A stretch of DNA of 64,000 bases. Source: Haplodiscus bocki (Eukaryota). The DNA lies in assembly GCA_965655095.1 (NCBI GenBank), contig OZ296656.1:39866001-39930000 (forward strand), given 5' to 3'. A model generated the notes under the pieces. The model did not search any database, had not been told where the DNA came from, and worked only from the letters and a program-made list of their open reading frames with translations. Position numbers and translations under genes: made by a program. Positions 51,146 through 63,100 of this stretch are shown piece after piece; within the stretch, counting starts at the first letter, position 1, and every line of letters starts with the position of its first letter.

Positions 51146-54100
51146 TCACGGAAAATGTCCCTGCGAAGAATCGCACAACTTAGTGCCCCGCGGTTCAACC
51201 CATGGGAACATCCGCTGCCAAGGAGTGTGCGAAAGGACAAAACTGCAAAAAACAGCACGGAAAAAGCCCCTACGGAAAAGAGCACGAAAAAAGGCCCCCA
51301 CAGAAAAACCCTTGGAAGTCGTCCATACGAAACAGTTCACGGTAGATGTCACCAAGAAAGGTCCCACGGGAATTTCCCTGCAAAAAAGTGCACAGAAGAA
51401 GCCACTGCGAAAAAAAGGCACGGAACCAGCCCCGCGAAAAAGTGCTCGCAAATAGCCACTATAAAGAATCGCTACGGAAAAGTCCTGGCAAAAAAACCCA
51501 TGGAAGATGTCCATGCGAAAGAGTTCACGTAAGATATCCCCGAGAGAGAGCCCACTTGAAATCCCTGCGAAAGTGCATGCAGAAGAAGCTCTGCGAAATA
51601 GTTCACAGAATTTGTCTCCAGGAAAGAACCCATTGTAAAAACCCTGCCAAAGACCATGCAGACGAAGCCCTGCGCAAGATGTTACGCAAAATGCCTCTGC
51701 AAAAAACACCAAGGATAAAACCCCTGCGGGAGAGCTCAGGGAAGTCTTTGCTACAAAAGAGTGCAAAATAAAAAGCTCCAGGACAGAGCGTACCAAAAGC
51801 CCCAACGAAAGTGCCCAAGGAAATCTCCCTCGCGGAAAATTCCACGGAGAAGGCCCCGGAAGAAAAGTGCACAAAAAACTCTGCGACAAAGCAAACTGAA
51901 AACCGCCATGCGAAAGAGTCCATGGTAACCGTCCATGCGAAAGTGTTCACGGAAGATATCCCCGAGAGAGAGGCCACTTAAAATTACTTCGAAAGTGCAT
52001 GCAGAAGAAACCCTGCGAAAGAGGGCATGAAAATTGACCACGCAAAGGATTGCACGGAAGATGTCCCTTGGAATGAAACCACAGGAAAAGCCGCGGAAAA
52101 AATTTTGCGAAAAAGGCCAAGCAAAAACAACCCCGCAAAAGCGCTCACGGAAACAGCCACTGCAGAAAAAGCGCCGCGAAAGAGTCCATGGAAATCGTCC
52201 ATAAGGAGGAGTTCACGGAAACAGTCTCCAAGAAAGAGCCCGTGGTAAAAGCCATGCCAAAGCCCATGCAGAGAAAACCCTGCGAAAGATGTAACGCAAA
52301 AAAATCTCTGCAGAAAAAGAGCAAAGGAAAAACCCCTGCGAAAGAGCTCATGGAATTCTCTGCTGCAAAAGAGTGCAAGATAAAAGGGTCCCACGAAAGA
52401 GCGTACCAAAAAAACCCCAGCGAAGGAGCCCATAAAAATCGTCCATGCAAAAAGATGCACGCAGGAGGAACCAGAAAAAAATGCGCTAAAAAATTTCCCG
52501 CGCGCACAGAAAACTACCCTGCGAAAAAACCATGGAAACCATCTGTTCGAAAGTTTGCACGGAGGTTGCACCCGGGAAAAAACCCTTTGAAAAAGCCCTG
52601 TGAAAGAGCGTGCTGAAAAACTTTTGGGATTTTGTGATATAGGGCGCGGGAAAAAAGGCCTTGCTCAAAAGCGCACCTCAAAAACCCCTGCGGTAGGGCA
52701 GCCGCAAAATGGTTCTGCGAAGAAGCGTACGGAGAACAACTCTAAAGAACACGCATGGAAAAAACCCCGCCGAAAGAGCGCACGCAAAAAGTCAATGCAA
52801 AGAATCGCAAGGAAAAAGCTCCTGAGGAAGAGCCCATGGATGCCTCCGTTGCGAAAGAGTGACCGGGGAAACAGTCTGCCGAGAGATAGCACGGAAAAAA
52901 CTCCCGCAAAATAACCTTTGGAATCGTCCATGCGAAACAGTTCTCAGAAGATGTCCCCAAGGAGGAACCCATGGTAAATGCACTGCCAAAGGCCATGCAG
53001 ACGATGCCCTGCAAAAGATTTACGCAAAAAACCAACTTCAAAAAACAACCAAGATAAAACACCTGCGGGATATCTCATGGAAATCTCCGCTACAAAAGGG
53101 TGCAAAATAAAATGGCTCCAGGACAAAGCGTACCAAAAAAGCCCCAGCGAAAATGCCGAAGGAAGTCCCCCTCGCAAAAAAGTCAACGGAGAAGGCCCCG
53201 ATAAAAGTGCACCGAAAAATCTTCCTCGAGAGAACGCACTAAAAACGACCCTGCGAAAAAGTCCATGGAAACCGTCCATGCAACAGAATGCACGGGAGAA
53301 GCCCCCGGAAAAAGGCTCAAGGGAAAATCTCTGTGAAAGAGCCTGCCGAAAAAGATTCCTGGAACAGGGCTTGGAAATAGACCCCTATGCAAAAACGCAC
53401 GGTAAGAATCCCTGCGAAAGAGAGCACGGAAAAAAGTTCTGCACAAAAGTGCACGAAAAATTTTTTGCAAGAAACCACTAGAGGAAAATCTCTGCGAAAA
53501 ATTGCACGCAAAAAGACATTGCAAGGAAGCGAACCGAAGACGCTCCTGGGATTAGCTCATGGACATCTCCGCTGCGAATAAGTGCCCGAGAAAACAGCCC
53601 CGCGAAAGAGAGCACGCAAAAAGCCCCGCGAAAGAGAGCACGCAAAAAGCCCCGCGAAAGTGTCCTTGGAAATCGTCGATTCAAGAGAGTGCACGGAAAA
53701 TGTCCCTGCGAAGAATCGCACAACTTAGTGCCCCGCGGTTCAACCCATGGGAACATCCGCTGCCAAGGAGTGTGCGAAAGGACAAAACTGCAAAAAACAG
53801 CACGGAAAAAGCCCCTACGGAAAAGAGCACGAAAAAAGGCCCCCACAGAAAAACACTTGGAAGTCGTCCATGCGAAACAGTTCACGGTAGATGTCACAAA
53901 GAAAGGTCCCACGGGAATTTCCCTGCAAAAAAGTGCACAGAAGAAGCCACTGCGAAAAAAAGGCACGGAACCAGCCCGCGAAAAAGCGCTCGCAAATAGC
54001 CACTATAAAGAATCGCTACGGAAAAGTCCTGGCAAAAAAACCCATGGAAAATGTCCATGCGAAAGAGTTCACGTAAGATATCCCCGAGAGAGAGCCCACT

Positions 54101-57100
54101 TGAAATCCCTGCGAAAGTGCATGCAGAAGAAGCTCTGCGAAATAGTTCACAGAATTTGTCTCCAGGAAAGAACCCATTGTAAAAACCCTGCCAAAGACCA
54201 TGCAGACGAAGCCCTGCGCAAGATGTTACGCAAAATGCCTCTGCAAAAAACACCAAGGATAAAACCCCTGCGGGAGAGCTCATGGAAGTCTTTGCTACAA
54301 AAGAGTGCAAATTAAAAGAGCTCCAGGACAGAGCGTACCAAAAAAGCCCCAACGAAAGTTCCCAAGGAAGTCTCCCTCGCGGAAAATTCCACGGAGAAGG
54401 CCCCGGGAGAGAAGTGCACAAAAGAAACTGCGACAAAGCAAACTGAAAACCACCATGCGATAGAGTCCATGGTAACCGTCCATGCGAAAGAGTTCACGGA
54501 AGATATCCCCGAGAGAGAGGCCACTTAAAATTACTTCGAAAGTGCATGCAGAAGAAACCCTGCGAAAGAGGGCATGAAAATTGACCACGCAAAGGATTGC
54601 ACGGAAGATGTCCCTTGGAATGAAACCACAGGAAAAGCCGCGGAAAAAACTTTGCGAAAAAGGCCAAGCAAAAACAACCCCGCAAAAGCGCTCACGGAAA
54701 CAGCCACTGCAGAAAAAGCGCCGCGAAAGAGTCCATGGAAATCGTCCATAAGGAGGAGTTCACTGAAACAGTCTCCAAGAAAGAGCCCGTGGTAAAAGCC
54801 ATGCCAAAGACCATGCATAGGAAACCCTGCGAAAAATGTAACGCAAAAAACCTCTGCAAAAAAGAGCAAGGGAAAAATCCCTGCGAAAGAGCTCATGGAA
54901 CTCTCCGCTGCAAAAGAGTGCAAGATAAAAGGGTCCCACGAAAGAGCGTGCCGAAAAACTTTTGGGATATAGGGCGTGGGAAAAAAGGCCTTGCTCAAAA
55001 GCGCACCTCAAAAACCCCTGCGGTAGGGCAGCCGCAAAATGGTTCTGCGAAGAAGCGCACGGGGAACAGCCCTAATAAATGCGAACGGAATAAACCACGC
55101 CAAAAGAGCGAACGCAAGAAGCCACTGCAAAGAATCGCAAGGAAAAAGCTCCTGAGGATGAGCCCATGGATGCCTCCGTTGCGAAAGAGTGACCGGGGAA
55201 ACAGTCTGCCGAGAGATAGCACGGAAAAAACTCCCGCAAAATAACCTTTGGAATCGTCCATGCGAAACAGTTCTCGAAAGATGTCCCCAAGGAGGAGCCC
55301 ATGGTAAAGCACTGTTAAAGACCATGCAGACGATGCCCTGCAAAAGATTTACGCAAAAAACCAACTTCAAAAAACAACCAAGATAAAACACCTGCGGGAT
55401 ATCTCATGGAAATCTCCGCTACAAAAGGGTGCAAAATAAAATGGCTCCAGGACAAAGCGTACCAAAAAAGCCCCAGCGAAAATGCCGAAGGAAGTCCCCC
55501 TCGCAAAAAAGTCAACGGAGAAGGCCCCGATAAAAGTGCACCGAAAAATCTTCCTCGAGAGAACGCACTAAAAACGACCCTGCGAAAAAGTCCATGGAAA
55601 CCGTCCATGCAACAGAATGCACGGGAGAAGCCCCCGGAAAAAGGCTCAAGGGAAAATCTCTGTGAAAGAGCCTGCCGAAAAAGATTCCTGGAACAGGGCT
55701 TGGAAATAGACCCCTATGCAAAAACGCACGGTAAGAATCCCTGCGAAAGAGAGCACGGAAAAAAGTTCTGCACAAAATTGCACGAAAAAAAGCTTTGCAA
55801 AAAAGTGCTAGGAGAAATTCTCTGCGAAAAATTGCACGCAAAAAGACATTGCAAGGAAGCGAACCGAAGACGCTCCTGGGATTAGCTCATGGACATCTCC
55901 GCTGCGAATAAGTGCCCGAGAAAACAGCCCCGCGAAAGAGAGCACGCAAAAAGCCCCGCGAAAGAGAGCACGCAAAAAGCCCCGCGAAAGTGTCCTTGGA
56001 AATCGTCGATTCAAGAGAGTGCACGGAAAATGTCCCTGCGAAGAATCGCACAACTTAGTGCCCCGCGGTTCAACCCATGGGAACATCCGCTGCCAAGGAG
56101 TGTGCGAAAGGACAAAACTGCAAAAAACAGCACGGAAAAAGCCCCTACGGAAAAGAGCACGAAAAAAGGCCCCCACAGAAAAACACTTGGAAGTCGTCCA
56201 TGCGAAACAGTTCACGGTAGATGTCACAAAGAAAGGTCCCACGGGAATTTCCCTGCAAAAAAGTGCACAGAAGAAGCCACTGCGAAAAAAAGGCACGGAA
56301 CCAGCCCGCGAAAAAGCGCTCGCAAATAGCCACTATAAAGAATCGCTACGGAAAAGTCCTGGCAAAAAAACCCATGGAAAATGTCCATGCGAAAGAGTTC
56401 ACGTAAGATATCCCCGAGAGAGAGCCCACTTGAAATCCCTGCGAAAGTGCATGCAGAAGAAGCTCTGCGAAATAGTTCACAGAATTTGTCTCCAGGAAAG
56501 AACCCATTGTAAAAACCCTGCCAAAGACCATGCAGACGAAGCCCTGCGCAAGATGTTACGCAAAATGCCTCTGCAAAAAACACCAAGGATAAAACCCCTG
56601 CGGGAGAGCTCAGGGAAGTCTTTGCTACAAAAGAGTGCAAAATAAAAAGCTCCAGGACAGAGCGTACCAAAAGCCCCAACGAAAGTGCCCAAGGAAATCT
56701 CCCTCGCGGAAAATTCCACGGAGAAGGCCCCGGAAGAAAAGTGCACAAAAAACTCTGCGACAAAGCAAACTGAAAACCGCCATGCGAAAGAGTCCATGGT
56801 AACCGTCCATGCGAAAGTGTTCACGGAAGATATCCCCGAGAGAGAGGCCACTTAAAATTACTTCGAAAGTGCATGCAGAAGAAACCCTGCGAAAGAGGGC
56901 ATGAAAATTGACCACGCAAAGGATTGCACGGAAGATGTCCCTTGGAATGAAACCACAGGAAAAGCCGCGGAAAAAATTTTGCGAAAAAGGCCAAGCAAAA
57001 ACAACCCCGCAAAAGCGCTCACGGAAACAGCCACTGCAGAAAAAGCGCCGCGAAAGAGTCCATGGAAATCGTCCATAAGGAGGAGTTCACGGAAACAGTC

Positions 57101-60100
57101 TCCAAGAAAGAGCCCGTGGTAAAAGCCATGCCAAAGCCCATGCAGAGAAAACCCTGCGAAAGATGTAACGCAAAAAAATCTCTGCAGAAAAAGAGCAAAG
57201 GAAAAACCCCTGCGAAAGAGCTCATGGAATTCTCTGCTGCAAAAGAGTGCAAGATAAAAGGGTCCCACGAAAGAGCGTACCAAAAAAACCCCAGCGAAGG
57301 AGCCCATAAAAATCGTCCATGCAAAAAGATGCACGCAGGAGGAACCAGAAAAAAATGCGCTAAAAAATTTCCCGCGCGCACAGAAAACTACCCTGCGAAA
57401 AAACCATGGAAACCATCTGTTCGAAAGTTTGCACGGAGGTTGCACCCGGGAAAAAACCCTTTGAAAAAGCCCTGTGAAAGAGCGTGCTGAAAAACTTTTG
57501 GGATTTTGTGATATAGGGCGCGGGAAAAAAGGCCTTGCTCAAAAGCGCACCTCAAAAACCCCTGCGGTAGGGCAGCCGCAAAATGGTTCTGCGAAGAAGC
57601 GTACGGAGAACAACTCTAAAGAACACGCATGGAAAAAACCCCGCCGAAAGAGCGCACGCAAAAAGTCAATGCAAAGAATCGCAAGGAAAAAGCTCCTGAG
57701 GAAGAGCCCATGGATGCCTCCGTTGCGAAAGAGTGACCGGGGAAACAGTCTGCCGAGAGATAGCACGGAAAAAACTCCCGCAAAATAACCTTTGGAATCG
57801 TCCATGCGAAACAGTTCTCAGAAGATGTCCCCAAGGAGGAACCCATGGTAAATGCACTGCCAAAGGCCATGCAGACGATGCCCTGCAAAAGATTTACGCA
57901 AAAAACCAACTTCAAAAAACAACCAAGATAAAACACCTGCGGGATATCTCATGGAAATCTCCGCTACAAAAGGGTGCAAAATAAAATGGCTCCAGGACAA
58001 AGCGTACCAAAAAAGCCCCAGCGAAAATGCCGAAGGAAGTCCCCCTCGCAAAAAAGTCAACGGAGAAGGCCCCGATAAAAGTGCACCGAAAAATCTTCCT
58101 CGAGAGAACGCACTAAAAACGACCCTGCGAAAAAGTCCATGGAAACCGTCCATGCAACAGAATGCACGGGAGAAGCCCCGGGAAAAAGGCTCAAGGGAAA
58201 ATCTCTGTGAAAGAGCCTGCCGAAAAAGATTCCTGGAACAGGGCTTGGAAATAGACCCCTATGCAAAAACGCACGGTAAGAATCCCTGCGAAAGAGAGCA
58301 CGGAAAAAAGTTCTGCACAAAAGTGCACGAAAAATTTTTTGCAAGAAACCACTAGAGGAAAATCTCTGCGAAAAATTGCACGCAAAAAGACATTGCAAGG
58401 AAGCGAACCGAAGACGCTCCTGGGATTAGCTCATGGACATCTCCGCTGCGAATAAGTGCCCGAGAAAACAGCCCCGCGAAAGAGAGCACGCAAAAAGCCC
58501 CGCGAAAGAGAGCACGCAAAAAGCCCCGCGAAAGTGTCCTTGGAAATCGTCGATTCAAGAGAGTGCACGGAAAATGTCCCTGCGAAGAATCGCACAACTT
58601 AGTGCCCCGCGGTTCAACCCATGGGAACATCCGCTGCCAAGGAGTGTGCGAAAGGACAAAACTGCAAAAAACAGCACGGAAAAAGCCCCTACGGAAAAGA
58701 GCACGAAAAAAGGCCCCCACAGAAAAACACTTGGAAGTCGTCCATGCGAAACAGTTCACGGTAGATGTCACAAAGAAAGGTCCCACGGGAATTTCCCTGC
58801 AAAAAAGTGCACAGAAGAAGCCACTGCGAAAAAAAGGCACGGAACCAGCCCGCGAAAAAGCGCTCGCAAATAGCCACTATAAAGAATCGCTACGGAAAAG
58901 TCCTGGCAAAAAAACCCATGGAAAATGTCCATGCGAAAGAGTTCACGTAAGATATCCCCGAGAGAGAGCCCACTTGAAATCCCTGCGAAAGTGCATGCAG
59001 AAGAAGCTCTGCGAAATAGTTCACAGAATTTGTCTCCAGGAAAGAACCCATTGTAAAAACCCTGCCAAAGACCATGCAGACGAAGCCCTGCGCAAGATGT
59101 TACGCAAAATGCCTCTGCAAAAAACACCAAGGATAAAACCCCTGCGGGAGAGCTCATGGAAGTCTTTGCTACAAAAGAGTGCAAATTAAAAGAGCTCCAG
59201 GACAGAGCGTACCAAAAAAGCCCCAACGAAAGTTCCCAAGGAAGTCTCCCTCGCGGAAAATTCCACGGAGAAGGCCCCGGGAGAGAAGTGCACAAAAGAA
59301 ACTGCGACAAAGCAAACTGAAAACCACCATGCGATAGAGTCCATGGTAACCGTCCATGCGAAAGAGTTCACGGAAGATATCCCCGAGAGAGAGGCCACTT
59401 AAAATTACTTCGAAAGTGCATGCAGAAGAAACCCTGCGAAAGAGGGCATGAAAATTGACCACGCAAAGGATTGCACGGAAGATGTCCCTTGGAATGAAAC
59501 CACAGGAAAAGCCGCGGAAAAAACTTTGCGAAAAAGGCCAAGCAAAAACAACCCCGCAAAAGCGCTCACGGAAACAGCCACTGCAGAAAAAGCGCCGCGA
59601 AAGAGTCCATGGAAATCGTCCATAAGGAGGAGTTCACTGAAACAGTCTCCAAGAAAGAGCCCGTGGTAAAAGCCATGCCAAAGACCATGCATAGGAAACC
59701 CTGCGAAAAATGTAACGCAAAAAACCTCTGCAAAAAAGAGCAAGGGAAAAATCCCTGCGAAAGAGCTCATGGAACTCTCCGCTGCAAAAGAGTGCAAGAT
59801 AAAAGGGTCCCACGAAAGAGCGTGCCGAAAAACTTTTGGGATATAGGGCGTGGGAAAAAAGGCCTTGCTCAAAAGCGCACCTCAAAAACCCCTGCGGTAG
59901 GGCAGCCGCAAAATGGTTCTGCGAAGAAGCGCACGGGGAACAGCCCTAATAAATGCGAACGGAATAAACCACGCCAAAAGAGCGAACGCAAGAAGCCACT
60001 GCAAAGAATCGCAAGGAAAAAGCTCCTGAGGATGAGCCCATGGATGCCTCCGTTGCGAAAGAGTGACCGGGGAAACAGTCTGCCGAGAGATAGCACGGAA

Positions 60101-63100
60101 AAAACTCCCGCAAAATAACCTTTGGAATCGTCCATGCGAAACAGTTCTCGAAAGATGTCCCCAAGGAGGAGCCCATGGTAAAGCACTGTTAAAGACCATG
60201 CAGACGATGCCCTGCAAAAGATTTACGCAAAAAACCAACTTCAAAAAACAACCAAGATAAAACACCTGCGGGATATCTCATGGAAATCTCCGCTACAAAA
60301 GGGTGCAAAATAAAATGGCTCCAGGACAAAGCGTACCAAAAAAGCCCCAGCGAAAATGCCGAAGGAAGTCCCCCTCGCAAAAAAGTCAACGGAGAAGGCC
60401 CCGATAAAAGTGCACCGAAAAATCTTCCTCGAGAGAACGCACTAAAAACGACCCTGCGAAAAAGTCCATGGAAACCGTCCATGCAACAGAATGCACGGGA
60501 GAAGCCCCCGGAAAAAGGCTCAAGGGAAAATCTCTGTGAAAGAGCCTGCCGAAAAAGATTCCTGGAACAGGGCTTGGAAATAGACCCCTATGCAAAAACG
60601 CACGGTAAGAATCCCTGCGAAAGAGAGCACGGAAAAAAGTTCTGCACAAAATTGCACGAAAAAAAGCTTTGCAAAAAAGTGCTAGGAGAAATTCTCTGCG
60701 AAAAATTGCACGCAAAAAGACATTGCAAGGAAGCGAACCGAAGACGCTCCTGGGATTAGCTCATGGACATCTCCGCTGCGAATAAGTGCCCGAGAAAACA
60801 GCCCCGCGAAAGAGAGCACGCAAAAAGCCCCGCGAAAGAGAGCACGCAAAAAGCCCCGCGAAAGTGTCCTTGGAAATCGTCGATTCAAGAGAGTGCACGG
60901 AAAATGTCCCTGCGAAGAATCGCACAACTTAGTGCCCCGCGGTTCAACCCATGGGAACATCCGCTGCCAAGGAGTGTGCGAAAGGACAAAACTGCAAAAA
61001 ACAGCACGGAAAAAGCCCCTACGGAAAAGAGCACGAAAAAAGGCCCCCACAGAAAAACCCTTGGAAGTCGTCCATACGAAACAGTTCACGGTAGATGTCA
61101 CCAAGAAAGGTCCCACGGGAATTTCCCTGCAAAAAAGTGCACAGAAGAAGCCACTGCGAAAAAAAGGCACGGAACCAGCCCCGCGAAAAAGTGCTCGCAA
61201 ATAGCCACTATAAAGAATCGCTACGGAAAAGTCCTGGCAAAAAAACCCATGGAAAATGTCCATGCGAAAGAGTTCACGTAAGATATCCCCGAGAGAGAGC
61301 CCACTTGAAATCCCTGCGAAAGTGCATGCAGAAGAAGCCCTGCGAAATAGTTCACGGAATTTGTCTCCAGGAAAGAGCCCATTGTAAAAACCCTGCCAAA
61401 GACCATGCAGACGAAGCCCTGCGCAAGATGTTACGCAAAATGCCTCTGCAAAAAACACTAAGGATAAAACCCCTGCGGGAGAGCTCAGGGAAGTCTTTGC
61501 TACAAAAGAGTGCAAATTAAAAAAGCTCCAGGACAGAGCGTACCAAAAAGCCCCAACGAAAGTTCCCAAGGAAGTCTCCCTCGCGGAAAATTCCACGGAG
61601 AAGGCCCCGGGAGAGAAGTGCACAAAAAAAACTGCGACAAAGCAAACTGAAAACCACCATGCGATAAAGGCCATGGTAACCGTCCATGCGAAAGAGTTCA
61701 CGGAAGATATCCCCGAGAGAGAGGCCACTTAAAATTACTTCGAAAGTGCATGCAGAAGAAACCCTGCGAAAGAGGGCATGAAAATTGACCACGCAAAGGA
61801 TTGCACGGAAGATGTCCCTTGGAATGAAACCACAGGAACAGCCGCGGAAAAAACTTTGCGAAAAAGGCCAAGCAAAAACAACCCCGCAAAAGCGCTCACG
61901 GAAACAGCCACTGCAGAAAAAGCGCCGCGAAAGAGTCCATGGAAATCGTCCATAAGGAGGAGTTCACTGAAACAGTCTCCAAGAAAGAGCCCGTGGTAAA
62001 AGCCATGCCAAAGACCATGCATAGGAAACCCTGCGAAAAATGTAACGCAAAAAACCTCTGCAAAAAAGAGCAAGGGAAAAATCCCTGCGAAAGAGCTCAT
62101 GGAACTCTCTGCTGAAAAAGAGTGCAGGATAAAAGGGTCCCACGAAAGAGCGTGCCGAAAAACTTTTGGGATATAGGGCGTGGGAAAAAAGGCCTTGCTC
62201 AAAAGCGCACCTCAAAAACCCCTGCGGTAGGGCAGCCGCAAAATGGTTCTGCGAAGAAGCGCACGGGGAACAGCCCTAATAAATGCGAACGGAATAAACC
62301 ACGCCAAAAGAGCGAACGCAAGAAGCCACTGCAAAGAATCGCAAGGAAAAAGTTCCTGAGGAAGAGCCCATGGATGCCTCCGTTGCGAAAGAGTGACCGG
62401 GGAAACAGTCTGCCGAGAGATAGCACGGAAAAAACTCCCGCAAAATAACCTTTGGAATCGTCCATGCGAAACAGTTCTCAGAAGATGTCCCCAAGGAGGA
62501 ACCCATGGTAAATGCACTGCCAAAGGCCATGCAGACGATGCCCTGCAAAAGATGTTACGCAAAAAATCAACTTCAAAAAACAACCAGGATAAAACACCTG
62601 CGGGATAGGTCATCGAAATCTCCGCTACAAAAGAGTGCAAAATAAAAGGGCTCCAGGACAGAGCGTACCAAAAAAACCCCAGCGAAAGTGCCCAAGGAAG
62701 TCTCCCTCGCGAAAAAGTCCACGGAGAAGGCCCCGAAAAAAATGCACCGAAAAATTTTCCGCGAGAGACCGCACTAAAAACGACCCTGCGAAATTGTCCA
62801 TGGAAACCGTCCATGCAAAAGAATGCACGGGAAAAGCCCCCGGGAAAAGGCTCAAGGGAAAATCTCTGTGAAAGAGCGTGCCGAAAAAGATTCCTGAAAC
62901 AGGGCTCGGAAAAGGACCCCCGTACAAAAACGCACGGTAAGAATCCCTGCGAAAGAGAGCACGGAAAATAGTTCTGCACAAAAAAGCATGAAAAGGAATT
63001 TGCAAAGTAGCGCTAGAAGAAAATCTCTGCGAAAAAGCGCACGCAAAAAGACATTGCAAGGAAGCGAACCGAAAACGCTCCTGGGATTAGCTCATGGACA

